From Chloroflexota bacterium (lineage in GTDB: Bacteria; Chloroflexota; Dehalococcoidia; DSTF01; JACRBR01), in NCBI GenBank assembly GCA_037444005.1, contig JBBING010000007.1:1-62106 (forward strand): 62,106 nucleotides of DNA. The letters run 5' to 3'. How positions within the stretch are numbered: position 1 is the stretch's first letter; each line of letters begins with the position of its first letter. A model generated the notes under the pieces. The model was given only the letters and a program-made list of their open reading frames with translations. It was not told where the DNA came from and searched no databases. The translations under genes were made by a program, and so were the position numbers. This document shows, in pieces, positions 28,656 through 38,601 of the stretch.

Positions 28656-28730
28656 GGGCCCGTAGCTCAGGGGCAGAGCAGTCGGCTCATAACCGATCGG
28701 TCGCAGGTTCGATCCCTGCCGGGCCCACCA
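28656..28730 (+). tRNA. tRNA with CAU anticodon, most likely tRNA-Ile2 (lysidine)
   Basis: GGGCCCG/CGGGCCC acceptor with paired G1-C72 (not initiator); GTCGG-CTCATAA-CCGAT arm; CCA end; TAGAAT -10 at 28642. Confidence 0.9.
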
Positions 28731-28759
28731 GGGCGATCCCGAGCTCGCTATACTGAGGA

Positions 28760-29126
28760 CGCCAGGAGGCCGGGTGGCCGCCCCCGCCATCAAGCGGGGG
28801 AGGAAAGTCCGAGCTCCACCGGACAGGGCGCCGGGTAACACCCGGGCGCGGCGACGCGACGGAAAGTGCCACAGAAACATACCGCCCGGCCCTCGCGGCC
28901 GGGTAAGGGTGAAATGGTGCGGTAAGAGCGCACCGCGTCCGCTGAGAGGCGGATGGCGGGCAAACCCCGCCCGGAGCAAGGCCAAGTAGGGGACCTGTCA
29001 AGGGACGTCCGGCCCGATGGTCCCGGGTTGGCCGCTGGAGCCTTCCGGTAACGGGAGGCCTAGAGAGATGGCCACCATCCTTCCTTCGCGGAAGGATACA
29101 GAACTCGGCTTACAGGCCGCCTGGCG
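28760..29126 (+). ncRNA. rnpB: RNase P RNA (type A)
   Basis: GAGGAAAGTCC, GAAAGTGCCACAGAAA, GGTAAGAGC, GGAGCAAG, ACAGAACTCGGCTTA; P1 CGCCAGG/CCTGGCG; TATACT -10 at 28749. Confidence 0.97.
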
Positions 29127-29131
29127 AACGC

Positions 29132-29164
29132 GACGGCGTCCCGTTCACTCGACGGGACGCCGTC
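29132..29164. terminator. Hairpin between the convergent rnpB and pstB genes
   Basis: GACGGCGTCCCGT...ACGGGACGCCGTC 13 bp stem. Confidence 0.7.
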
Positions 29165-29195
29165 TCCCTTCTCGATGCCGTCGCCGAACCGCTCG

Positions 29196-30041
29196 CTATC
29201 CGAAGCGGCCCGTGATGTAGTCCTCGGTGCGCTTGTCGCGCGGGGTGGTGAAGATTTGCTCGGTGGGGCCGAACTCGACCAGCCGCCCGACCCGGTCCTC
29301 GCCCGCCAGCAGGAACGCCGTGTAATCCGACACCCGCGCGGCCTGCTGCATGTTGTGGGTGACGATGACGATGGTGTACCGGGGCACGAGCTGACGCATC
29401 AGGTCCTCGATCTTCAGCGTCGCCACGGGGTCGAGCGCGGAGCACGGCTCGTCCATCAGGATGACCTCGGGCTCGATCGCCAGCGCGCGGGCGATGCACA
29501 ATCGCTGCTGTTGCCCTCCGGAGAGCGCCAGCGCGCTCTTCCCGAGCTGGTCCGACACTTCGTCCCACAACGCCGCCTGCCGCAGCGATCGTTCCACCAG
29601 CTCCCGCAGGTTGCCCCGAACGCCGTTGACCCGCGGACCGAAGGCGACGTTCTCGAAGATGCTCTTCGGGAACGGATTCGGCTTCTGAAACACCATCCCG
29701 ATCCGCCGCCGAATCTCGACCGGGTCGACGTCCTTCGCGTAGAGGTCGTGCCCCTCGTAGTAGATGCGGCCCTCGTGCCGGAACCCGGGGATGAGGTCGT
29801 TCATGCGGTTGAACACGCGGATGAGCGTGCTCTTGCCGCACCCTGATGGGCCGATGATGGCCGTGATCTTCCCCCGGGGAATCGTGAGGGTGATGTTGTC
29901 GAGCGCCTGCTTCTGTCCGTACCAGACGCTGAGGCCCTCGGTGCGCAGAATGGCGTCGCCTTCGATGTCGTAGACTGTCGGCGCCTGGGCTTCGGGCTTC
30001 GGGACCACGTCGGGACGGAGCCGGGGGGTGCGAATCGCCAT
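29196..30041 (-). CDS. pstB: Phosphate ABC transporter ATPase
   Basis: [31 protein letters not shown]. Confidence 0.96.
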   Translation of the reverse strand: MAIRTPRLRPDVVPKPEAQAPTVYDIEGDAILRTEGLSVWYGQKQALDNITLTIPRGKITAIIGPSGCGKSTLIRVFNRMNDLIPGFRHEGRIYYEGHDLYAKDVDPVEIRRRIGMVFQKPNPFPKSIFENVAFGPRVNGVRGNLRELVERSLRQAALWDEVSDQLGKSALALSGGQQQRLCIARALAIEPEVILMDEPCSALDPVATLKIEDLMRQLVPRYTIVIVTHNMQQAARVSDYTAFLLAGEDRVGRLVEFGPTEQIFTTPRDKRTEDYITGRFG

Positions 30042-30046
30042 CGCTC

Positions 30047-30928
30047 TCACCAGCGCTGCTGGAAGCGGTTCCGCAAGAGGATCGCGGTGAGATTCAGCCC
30101 CAGCGTCATGATCATCAGCACCACGATACCCGCTGCGGCGTTGGTGTGGAACCCGGCCTGGGGCCGCGACACCCAGTTGAAGATCTGGATGGGAAGCACG
30201 GTGAAGGGGCTGAGGGGTCCGTCAGGGACGAACGGGACGAACGTGAGGGCGCCGATGGTGATGAGAGGCGCCGTCTCGCCCATGGCGCGGGACGTCGCCA
30301 GGATGTTGCCCGTCATGATGCCCGAGAAGGCGTAGGGAAGCACCGCCCGGCGCACCACCTGCCACTTCGTCGCCCCGAGGGCGTAGGCGGCGTCCCGCAT
30401 GGACGACGGGACCGCCCGGATCGCCTCGCGGGAGGCGATGATGATGATGGGGAGCACGAGCAGAGCCATCGTGAGGCCGCCAGCGAGCACGCTGCGCCCG
30501 AGGTCCATGGCGCGGACGAAGAGCTGGAGCCCCAGCAGCCCGTAAATGATGGACGGCACGCCGGCGAGATTCGAGATGTTGACCTCGAGCAGCGTCGAGA
30601 ACCAGTTCTTGCCCGCGTACTCCTCGAGATACACCGCCGCGCCGATCCCAACCGGGAGCGCGACTACGACGGTGATGGCGATCATCCACGCGCTGCCGTA
30701 GAGGGCCGCCTTGATGCCCGCCCGCTCCGGGAAGCGCGAGGGATAGCTGTTGATGAAGTCCCAGCTCAGGCGCGGCAAACCGTCTCGCGCCACGTCGACG
30801 ATGAGCGTCGCCAGCGCCGCCAGCGCGACCCCCACAGCGGCGAGGCACAGCGCCAGGAAGATCAGGCCCTTGAGCTTGCGGATGCGGAGCTGCAGGCTCG
30901 CCTGAAGCGCCGGAGCCGCGGCTGTCAT
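30047..30928 (-). CDS. pstA: Phosphate ABC permease
   Basis: [18 protein letters not shown]. Confidence 0.95.
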   Translation of the reverse strand: MTAAAPALQASLQLRIRKLKGLIFLALCLAAVGVALAALATLIVDVARDGLPRLSWDFINSYPSRFPERAGIKAALYGSAWMIAITVVVALPVGIGAAVYLEEYAGKNWFSTLLEVNISNLAGVPSIIYGLLGLQLFVRAMDLGRSVLAGGLTMALLVLPIIIIASREAIRAVPSSMRDAAYALGATKWQVVRRAVLPYAFSGIMTGNILATSRAMGETAPLITIGALTFVPFVPDGPLSPFTVLPIQIFNWVSRPQAGFHTNAAAGIVVLMIMTLGLNLTAILLRNRFQQRW

Positions 30929-31878
30929 TCGTACTCCTCCCGGAACCGCATCACCACGTAGCGGCTGAGCAGATTCATCGCCAGCGTCATCACGAAGAGC
31001 GTGGCTCCCACCGCGAAGATGGTCTTGAACGCGAGCGACCCCGCCGGCGTGTCTCCCAGACTCACTTGGACAATGAACGCCGTCATCGTCTCGATCGGCA
31101 CGAAGGGGCTCCAGGTCAGGGTGGGATTCTGTCCGGCGGCGATGGCCACGATCATCGTCTCGCCAATGGCCCGCGAGATGGCCAGCACCAGCGCAGCCAG
31201 GATCCCCGAGAGCGCCGCCGGCGCCACCACCCGCGTCGCCACCTCGTACTTGGTCGACCCCAGCGCATAGGCGCCCTCCCGCAGTGACCGCGGCACCGCG
31301 CTCATAGCGTCGTCGGTCAGCGACGACACGAGGGGGAGGATCATGATGCCCATGACCAGCGAGGCGCTGAGCCCGTTGAAGACGGCGATGCCGCTATAGA
31401 GCTTCTGGAGGATCGGGGTCACGAAGAGCAGGGCGAAGTACCCGTACACCACGGTCGGGACGCCCGCCAGCACCTCGAGGGTCGGCTTCAGCACCGACCG
31501 CGCGCGTTCGGTGGCGTACTCGCTCAGGTAGATGCCGGCGAGCAGGCCGAGGGGTCCGGCGACGAACATGGCGCCGATGGACGTGAGCATCGTGCCGGCG
31601 AGCAGCGGCGCGATGCCGTAGTGGGCGTCCGTGAACAGCGGCGTCCACTGCGTGTCGCTCACGAACTCCCAGAGCGAGACTTCGCGGAAGAACTCGTACG
31701 TCTCGAACGCGAGGACGAACACGATGCCCGCCGTCGTCAAGATCGAGACGGCGGCGCACAGCAAGAGGGCGGCGTGGATGAGGCCCTCGCGGACCGCGCG
31801 AGCGCGGCCGCCCCGAAGCCGCAGCGGCGCTCCAGCAGCCGCCGCCTGTCCACCGATGCCCGCTGTCACGCGGCCCAC
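30925..31878 (-). CDS. pstC: Phosphate ABC permease
   Basis: [17 protein letters not shown]. Confidence 0.95.
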   Translation of the reverse strand: MGRVTAGIGGQAAAAGAPLRLRGGRARAVREGLIHAALLLCAAVSILTTAGIVFVLAFETYEFFREVSLWEFVSDTQWTPLFTDAHYGIAPLLAGTMLTSIGAMFVAGPLGLLAGIYLSEYATERARSVLKPTLEVLAGVPTVVYGYFALLFVTPILQKLYSGIAVFNGLSASLVMGIMILPLVSSLTDDAMSAVPRSLREGAYALGSTKYEVATRVVAPAALSGILAALVLAISRAIGETMIVAIAAGQNPTLTWSPFVPIETMTAFIVQVSLGDTPAGSLAFKTIFAVGATLFVMTLAMNLLSRYVVMRFREEYE

Positions 31879-31955
31879 TCCTCACAGCAGCGAAGCCGGG
31901 CCTTCCCCGAACCCGGCCGCGCCGCCCTCGTTTTTCGTAACCACGACACCGCGCC

Positions 31956-33008
31956 TCAAGGGGCGAAGAGTTCCTCCAGCGTAGCGCCCTCCGGAGCGTC
32001 GGGGAACACGGACCCCGTGACGCGCGCCTGCCAGCGCGCCCGCGCGCCCTCGATGACGCTATCCGGCAACGCCACGTAGCCGACCTCCGGCACCAGCGCT
32101 TTGATTGCGTCGTCGCTCAGATAGTAGTCCACAAACGCCTGCACCGCCGGGTCGTCGGCCCGGTCCGCCCGCACGTAGATGAAGAGCGGGCGAGAGAGCG
32201 GCGTGTAGGTCCCGTTGTTCACCGTCTCCGCGCTCGGCAAGACGCACCCACCGCCTCCGTCGATGGCGACGAGCTTCAGCCGGTCGGCGTTCTCCTCGAA
32301 GTAGGCCAGCCCGAAGTAGCCGAGGGCGTTCTTCGTGCCGGCGACGCCCTGCACCGTGACGTTGTCGTCTTCCGTGGCCGTGTAGTCGCCCCGGCTGGCC
32401 CCGCTCTCACCCACGATGGCCTCGGTGAAGTAGTCGAACGTACCAGAATCCGTGCCGGCGCCGAACAGCGCGAGCGGCTCGTCGGGGAAGTCGGGCCGAA
32501 TCTGGTTCCAGCGGGTGATGGTCCCCTGCGCAGCGGGCTCCCACATCTTTTTCAGCTCCTCGACGGTGAGGCAGTCCACCCAGTCGTTCTCAGGGTTCAC
32601 TACCACTGCGAGCCCGTCGAAAGCGACCGGCAGCTCGATGTACTCGATGCCGTTGGCGGCGCAGGCGTCGATCTCCTCTTGCTTGATGGGCCGCGACGCG
32701 TCGCTGATGTCGGTCTCGCCGTTGCAGAACTTCTCGAACCCGCCGCCGGTGCCCGAGATGCCGACCGTCACCTGCACATCGCCCTGAACGTTGCGAAACT
32801 CCTCGGCCACCGCCTCGGTGATGGGGAACACGGTGCTCGACCCGTCGACCGTGACCTTGCCCGAGACCGAGGGCGGGCGCGTCGCGCCGGGCTCCGTCGG
32901 CCCGCCTCCCTCCTCACCGCCTCCGCATGCGGCCGTAAGCATCGCGGCCGCGACGATGACTGCCGCCCCGGCGAGCACGATGTAGGGGCTCCGCTTCCAC
33001 TGGTTCAA
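31956..33008 (-). CDS. pstS: Phosphate-binding lipoprotein (TTG start)
   Basis: Lipobox TAAC; [24 protein letters not shown]. Confidence 0.95.
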   Translation of the reverse strand: MNQWKRSPYIVLAGAAVIVAAAMLTAACGGGEEGGGPTEPGATRPPSVSGKVTVDGSSTVFPITEAVAEEFRNVQGDVQVTVGISGTGGGFEKFCNGETDISDASRPIKQEEIDACAANGIEYIELPVAFDGLAVVVNPENDWVDCLTVEELKKMWEPAAQGTITRWNQIRPDFPDEPLALFGAGTDSGTFDYFTEAIVGESGASRGDYTATEDDNVTVQGVAGTKNALGYFGLAYFEENADRLKLVAIDGGGGCVLPSAETVNNGTYTPLSRPLFIYVRADRADDPAVQAFVDYYLSDDAIKALVPEVGYVALPDSVIEGARARWQARVTGSVFPDAPEGATLEELFAP

Positions 33009-33058
33009 GATGGCGCTCCTTTCCTGCGATCGAATCCGGCTCCACGATAGGCGGTGGG

Positions 33059-33097
33059 GGTTAACGCGGGATTAAGCGCGGTTAAGGGCGCATCAAC
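33059..33097 (-). promoter_or_regulatory. Pho-box-like direct repeats upstream of pstS
   Basis: TTAA at 33061, 33072 and 33082, and TCAA at 33093 (10-11 bp period). Confidence 0.7.
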
Positions 33098-33135
33098 GTC
33101 GCTCCGCCATCGTTCCAACACGGCGCCCGTACCTA

Positions 33136-33164
33136 TTGTCCCTTGGGCGCTCCTCCCGTATACT
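33136..33164 (+). promoter_or_regulatory. dnaN promoter
   Basis: TTGTCC-N17-TATACT. Confidence 0.65.
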
Positions 33165-33194
33165 TCCGCCTAAACGATTAGGTGGGTTATCGCT

Positions 33195-34334
33195 ATGAAG
33201 GTGTCGTGTCTGCAGGAGCACCTGGCGCGGGGGCTGGGCATCGTCGGCCGAGCGGTCGCCACGCGCACCACGTTGCCCATCACGTCCAACGTGCTCATCG
33301 CCACCGAAGACGGCAGGCTCAAGCTCGCGGCGACCAACCTCGAGATCGCGCTGAGCTGCTGGATCGGCGCGGAGATCGAGGAGGAGGGCCGTATCACGGT
33401 CCCTGCCCGCCTGCTGACCGACTTCGTGAACGCCCTCGGCGACCCTCAGGCGCGCATCGACCTGAGCCTCGCGCCCCGCTCGAAGCAGCTCCGGGTCGTG
33501 GCCGCCCGAAACCAGGCGACCATCGGCGGCATGGACGCCGACGACTTCCCCCCGATCCCCCAGGTGCAGGACGGTGTGTGCGCCGAGATCGCGTCGGGAC
33601 CGCTCCGGCAGGCCATCGCGCAGGTCGTCTTCGCCGCCGCCACCGACGACACCCGCCCCGTGCTCACCGGCGTCGACACCGTCATGGACGGCGACCGGCT
33701 CACCCTCGCCGCCGCTGACGGCTTTCGCCTCTCGGTCCGCCGGCTCTCGCTGAAGGCCCCCGTCCCCGAGCGCACCGAAGTCATCATCCCCGCGCGGGCG
33801 ATGAACGAACTCCAGCGGCTGCTCGGCGACGAAGACGAAACTGTGGAGCTGCGGCTCAACGCCGCCAAAACGCAGGCGCTCTTCAAGGTGAAGAACGTCG
33901 AGCTCGTGGCGCAGCTCATCCAGGGCACCTTCCCCGACTACGAGCGGCTCATCCCGACCGAGTATGTGAGCCGCGCCGTCGTCGACGTGGCCGACTTCCT
34001 GCGCGAGACGCGCATCGCCTCCATTTTCGCCCGCGACGGCAGCGGCATCGTCCGGATTCAGTTCCAGGCGGGCGAAGAGCTCCAGCCGGGCAAGATGATC
34101 ATCATGGCCCGGGCCGAAGAGATCGGCGACAATACCGGCGAGATCGACGCGCAGGTAGACGGCGAAGGCGCGAAGATCGCCTTCAACGGCCGTTATTTAC
34201 AGGACGTGCTTCAGGTCATCGAAAGCGGGCGGGTCGCCCTGGAGACGCGGAGCCCGTCCGAGGCGGGCGTCCTCCGCCCCGTCGACGACGAGGACTTCGT
34301 CCACGTCGTCATGCCCATGTTCGTCCAGTGGTAG
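33195..34334 (+). CDS. dnaN: DNA polymerase III beta sliding clamp
   Basis: LAATNLE, RPVLTG, ADGFRLS, GTFPDY, IAFN, VVMPM. Confidence 0.96.
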   Translation: MKVSCLQEHLARGLGIVGRAVATRTTLPITSNVLIATEDGRLKLAATNLEIALSCWIGAEIEEEGRITVPARLLTDFVNALGDPQARIDLSLAPRSKQLRVVAARNQATIGGMDADDFPPIPQVQDGVCAEIASGPLRQAIAQVVFAAATDDTRPVLTGVDTVMDGDRLTLAAADGFRLSVRRLSLKAPVPERTEVIIPARAMNELQRLLGDEDETVELRLNAAKTQALFKVKNVELVAQLIQGTFPDYERLIPTEYVSRAVVDVADFLRETRIASIFARDGSGIVRIQFQAGEELQPGKMIIMARAEEIGDNTGEIDAQVDGEGAKIAFNGRYLQDVLQVIESGRVALETRSPSEAGVLRPVDDEDFVHVVMPMFVQW

Positions 34335-34741
34335 ACCTGACTCTGGCGCTGCGCATCCTCGACGGCGAAACGTACCCGGTCCGCTCCTGACGCCTTGGCG
34401 AGCGCCCCGAGGTCTCCCTCGCACCCGAACCCAGGCGGCGCGCTGTGACCGGCTTGGCCGCTTGCCGGCCAGGCAGGGCTCGAGCCGCTCTGCGTGCAGC
34501 CCGGGGGCGCTGGCATGCCTGGCGCTCGCCGCCGGCTCGTTCTTCCTGGCAAGGCGTCGTCGCCACCCCCGGTCATCATCCCGTCGTCGAACCGCCGCCC
34601 GGCGCCCCCTCAACGATGGCCCTCGGGGCGCTCACGCGGGCGGCGGGGCCCACGCCGCACGAACGCCCGCTCGTTCATCAGCCCGCCAGACATGAACGCG
34701 CTCAACCTCGCCCTTGTCCCCGCGGCGTGTGCCCGGGAGTC

Positions 34742-35944
34742 CTATGCGTCCGCAAAGGCGATGACGTTGCGCTCGGCGAGCTCGGCCAGGTGTCCCTCGT
34801 CGTAGCCCAAGAGGTCCGTCAGGACCTCACGGGTGTGTTGACCCAGCAGCGGAGGCGAGGTGTGCTCGGCTCGCGCCGCCTCGGGCGTCCGCGACAGTTT
34901 CAGGGGCGTGCCGACCAGCCGGACTTCGCCTCCCCGGACGTGAGGCACTCTCGCCACCATGTTCGTCGCCTCCACCTGCGGATGGCGAAGGGCTTCCGCG
35001 AGGTCGTTCACCGGGGCGCAGGGAACGTCGGCCTCGTGGAGCAGGCGCAGCCATTCGGCTGTCGCCCGCGCTCGGAACGCTTCCTGCAACTCGCGATCGA
35101 GCGCCTCGCGGTTCAGCGCCAGTTTGTCCATCTTGTCGAACCGCGGGTCCGTCACCAGCTCCGGGCGCTCGATGACGCAGCACAAGGCGTCGAACCGAAA
35201 CGGCGCGGCGATGGCGATCCAGCCATCGGCGGTCTCGTAGATGCCGTACGGCAGCGCGACGACGTGGCTGGAGCCGATGTTCCGCTGCACATGGCCGGTG
35301 ACCGTGTAGAGCGCGACTTCGTACGCCATCTGGTACAGCGTTGCGGCGAATAGCGACGTCTCGACCCGCTGGCCGACGCCGGTGCGTTCGCGCTCCCAGA
35401 GCGCCGCCAGCGTGCCAGCCACGGCGATGAACGCCGCCCCCTGGTCGGCCACCGGAACGGCATTCCGGACCGGACGCTCTCCGGGATTTCCGCCGATGGA
35501 CACGGCGCCCGTCATCGCCTGGACGGTCAGGTCGTACGCCGGGAGGTCACGGCAGGGCCCCGCGTCGCCGAAGCCGGTGATGGACGTGCAGATGATCCGG
35601 GGATTGATGGCCGAGAGGGTTTGGTGGTCGATGCCCAGCCGTGCAGGCACCCCCGGGCGCGCGTTGTCGATGACCACGTCGGAGACCCTGACGAGGTCGT
35701 AGAGCACATCGCGACCCTCCGGCCGGCGGACGTCAAGGGCCACGCTCTTCTTGTTGCGGTTGACGCTCAGGAAGTAGAAATGCATGCCCTGGTACGCCAT
35801 CGGACTCGCGATCTCGTGTCGGGACCCCGGCGGCTCGATCTTGATGACCTCGGCGCCGAGATCCGCGAGGAGCATCGTCGCAAAGGGCCCGGCGAGCGCC
35901 TGCGTGAAGTCGAGCACCCGCACGTCGCGGAGCGCGCGCTCCAT
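34742..35944 (-). CDS. Family III CoA-transferase (CaiB/BaiF)
   Basis: VLDFTQALAGP, LADLGAEVIKIE, NRNKKS, catalytic Asp in PVADQG. Confidence 0.93.
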   Translation of the reverse strand: MERALRDVRVLDFTQALAGPFATMLLADLGAEVIKIEPPGSRHEIASPMAYQGMHFYFLSVNRNKKSVALDVRRPEGRDVLYDLVRVSDVVIDNARPGVPARLGIDHQTLSAINPRIICTSITGFGDAGPCRDLPAYDLTVQAMTGAVSIGGNPGERPVRNAVPVADQGAAFIAVAGTLAALWERERTGVGQRVETSLFAATLYQMAYEVALYTVTGHVQRNIGSSHVVALPYGIYETADGWIAIAAPFRFDALCCVIERPELVTDPRFDKMDKLALNREALDRELQEAFRARATAEWLRLLHEADVPCAPVNDLAEALRHPQVEATNMVARVPHVRGGEVRLVGTPLKLSRTPEAARAEHTSPPLLGQHTREVLTDLLGYDEGHLAELAERNVIAFADA

Positions 35945-35945
35945 C

Positions 35946-36752
35946 TCACGAACCTCCTGACACGCCCACCCCGAGGATGCGCTGGGCGTTCTTGTACAAA
36001 ACCTTCTCGATCACTTCGGGTTTGTAGCCCTCGCGTTCGAAGTCGCTCAACCAGCGCTCCAGTGGCACGAAGGGGTGGTCCGACCCGAACATGACGCGGT
36101 CCTGCAAACGTCCGTTGATCTCACGCTTCAGGGCCTCCGGGAAGTACTTCGGAGACCATCCGGACAGGTCAATAAAGACGTTGGACTTGTGAACGACGAT
36201 GGCGATCATCTCGTCCTGCCAGGGCCAGGCGGGATGCGCGCCGATGATGGTGAGCTCGGGGAAATCGGCGGCGACGTCGTCCAGGTACGGGATGGGTCTC
36301 GTGTACTTGAGATGGACGCCCGCCCCGCCGGGGCGCCCCGCGCCGTACCCCGTCGTGCCCATGTGGAACAGGACCGGCGCTTTCAACGAAGAGAGCGTCT
36401 CCCACAGCGGATAGAACCTGCGATCGTTCGGGTAGAACGCCTGCGCCGCCTGTTGAAACTTCAGGCCGATGAGGCCCAGCTCCTTGATGGCGCGCTCCGC
36501 CTCGCGCACGGCGGCCTGTCCGCGCCAGGGATCGATACAGCCCCAGCCGGCGACGAATACGTCGTGGTATTGCTTCACGTAGGACGCGACCGTCTCGTTG
36601 AGGAGCGGCGCGCGGCCTGTGCGCGACTCTTCGTCCCAGGCGATGGGCATCGCCAGCACATCGTTGCGCCGGTAGGTCGCGACGATGTCCTCGATGTTCG
36701 CCATCATGTCGGGCCCGATCCCAAGGTGAACGTGGACGTCGATTGCTTTCAT
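35946..36752 (-). CDS. Amidohydrolase-2 family, CouO-like beta-ketoacyl-CoA hydrolase
   Basis: IDVHVH; DDVAADFP..IIGAHP.WPWQDE...HK.NV.IDLSGWSPKYFP; FGSDHP. Confidence 0.8.
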   Translation of the reverse strand: MKAIDVHVHLGIGPDMMANIEDIVATYRRNDVLAMPIAWDEESRTGRAPLLNETVASYVKQYHDVFVAGWGCIDPWRGQAAVREAERAIKELGLIGLKFQQAAQAFYPNDRRFYPLWETLSSLKAPVLFHMGTTGYGAGRPGGAGVHLKYTRPIPYLDDVAADFPELTIIGAHPAWPWQDEMIAIVVHKSNVFIDLSGWSPKYFPEALKREINGRLQDRVMFGSDHPFVPLERWLSDFEREGYKPEVIEKVLYKNAQRILGVGVSGGS

Positions 36753-37600
36753 CTATCGGTCCCTTCTCCTCGTGTGATGACACCAACTTCTTCCAGCGCG
36801 CGTAACGCCGCGGCGACCGCCTCCGCGCCAGCGCGAGGCGTGGCGGCGGAGCCCATCGGCCCCGCGAGCGCGAGCGCTGCGCGCACTTCGGGTGAGGGAT
36901 GCGCCGCTCGCGTCGGAACCGGGCACGTCGGCTTCGGGAGCGTCACACGGTCCACGCGGATGCGCGGCCGCAGGGCTGCGCGTGCGTCGAGCGCGACGTC
37001 GGCGGGCGCAAGCGTCTGTATCGGCGCTCGGTCGGCGCGCAGGCGAGCTGCGAGCGTGGGATATGGAACCGCGACGCCGCTGGCCGCTACGGCGAGCGCT
37101 GCGGGTAACGGCACGGCCAGAACTTCGCGGAGGCCGTTCTCCGACCAGCGGGTCACGATGAGTTCGTTCTTCTCGATCCGCGCGGCGACGGCGCCGTCGA
37201 CGCACGGCCAGCCCAGAAGCTCCGCGACGTACCCGGGGACCGCTCCCGTTCCCGCGTCCGCCGCGCATCCGCCGAACACGATCAGCTCGGCGGACCGCGC
37301 GCTCGCCACCGCCGCGAGGACCCGCGCCGTGAGGGCGACATCGGCGTCGGCGAGCGCGTCGTCCCACACGCAGACCGCCTCTGCGGCGCCCAGGGCCAGG
37401 GCGCGGCGCAACGCGGGCTCGGCGCGGGCGGGCTCCTGCACGGCCACCGCGACGGTGGAGCCCGGGGCGAGGGCGGCCGCGATGTGGGCGGCGACATCGC
37501 CCTCGGGGTCGGCGACGAACGGGCCCGAGGGAACACACCAGGCCGTCTCCGAGAAGCGGTCCTCGTCCAATACCGAGCGCACAGCCACCAGCGCTCTCAT
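36749..37600 (-). CDS. etfB: Electron transfer flavoprotein beta subunit (divergent)
   Basis: RRALALGA, D.GTG.VPG..AELLGWP, LPA; ATGA-coupled to etfA. Confidence 0.8.
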   Translation of the reverse strand: MRALVAVRSVLDEDRFSETAWCVPSGPFVADPEGDVAAHIAAALAPGSTVAVAVQEPARAEPALRRALALGAAEAVCVWDDALADADVALTARVLAAVASARSAELIVFGGCAADAGTGAVPGYVAELLGWPCVDGAVAARIEKNELIVTRWSENGLREVLAVPLPAALAVAASGVAVPYPTLAARLRADRAPIQTLAPADVALDARAALRPRIRVDRVTLPKPTCPVPTRAAHPSPEVRAALALAGPMGSAATPRAGAEAVAAALRALEEVGVITRGEGTDR

Positions 37601-38601
37601 GCCGGCCCCTCTCCTCTCGAAGCGGCAGCAGCGGCTTGGCCCGCCGCCCGGACGGCGCTGGTCAGGGCTGGGAGCACGTCCCGCACGTCTCCGACGATAG
37701 GCACGTGGGCGATCTTCATGATCGGCGCGGCGGGGTCGGTATTGATGGCGATGATCGTGCGAGCGCGGCGCACGCCGGCCAGGTGCTGCGGCGCTCCCGA
37801 GATGCCACACGCGACGTACACCAGCGGCGCGATGATGGCTCCCGACTGCCCTACCTGCCGGTCGGCCGGCAGCCAGCCCCGGTCCACCACGGGGCGGGTC
37901 CCCGCGATGGTCCCGCCCAGCGCGTCGGCGAGATCCTCCAGCAGGGCGACGGCGCGCGCGTCGCCGAGGCCCAGGCCGCCGGCGACGACCACACGGGCGT
38001 GCGCCAGGGGCCGCTCGCGGACGGCGAGCCGCTCCGTGCGAAGGGTCCTGCGGCGGTCCGGCGCGGCGTTCGCCGCCAGCGTCTCGATGACCCCCACCAC
38101 CTCGTCGGCTTCGTCCGCGGGATCGGAACCGAGGGCCTGCGTGAGGATGGACGCGATGACAGGGCCAGCGGCAGAGAGCGTGGCCGAAGCCATCCCGCCG
38201 TACACGGGCCTCCGGAAGGTCCATCGGTCCGGCGGCTCAGCGGCGATCGACGAGCAGCCGGGGACCACGGCGGCGTCGAGACAGGCGGCGAGGGGGCCCA
38301 TCAACTCGCGCGCCTCCTGCTGCACGAGCACGAGGTGGGGCCGTCGCTCGCGGGCGAGCCGCGTAAGCGTGGCGATCTGGGCGTCGAGGCTCGACGGAGG
38401 CGTGGCGAGGACCCGGTCGGCCGCGCAGGCGAGGCTCGGTGCGGCGCGCTCACCCCCGATGGCCAGGGCGACGCTCACACCTCCGGCGGCTCGGGCGAGT
38501 CGTCTCGCCTCGCGCGCGAGGGCCACGGCCGCCGGATCGAGCGGATCCTCGGCCCGGATGACCGCCCAGACGTCCCGTTCCGCCGACCCGCCCGTCGTCA
38601 T
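37597..38601 (-). CDS. etfA: Electron transfer flavoprotein alpha subunit
   Basis: RPVYGG, GTRPVVD, QVGQSG, GISGAPQH, AINTD. Confidence 0.88.
   Translation of the reverse strand: MTTGGSAERDVWAVIRAEDPLDPAAVALAREARRLARAAGGVSVALAIGGERAAPSLACAADRVLATPPSSLDAQIATLTRLARERRPHLVLVQQEARELMGPLAACLDAAVVPGCSSIAAEPPDRWTFRRPVYGGMASATLSAAGPVIASILTQALGSDPADEADEVVGVIETLAANAAPDRRRTLRTERLAVRERPLAHARVVVAGGLGLGDARAVALLEDLADALGGTIAGTRPVVDRGWLPADRQVGQSGAIIAPLVYVACGISGAPQHLAGVRRARTIIAINTDPAAPIMKIAHVPIVGDVRDVLPALTSAVRAAGQAAAAASRGEGPA

Noticed and set aside
28548-29220. Short ORFs over the tRNA/rnpB region
   Set aside because: Explained by tRNA-Ile2 and RNase P RNA
34335-34741. ~400 bp gap between dnaN and the catabolic cluster as an ncRNA, oriC or island border
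   Set aside because: GC-rich; I saw no DnaA boxes, AT-rich unwinding element, att-like repeat or recognisable RNA motif
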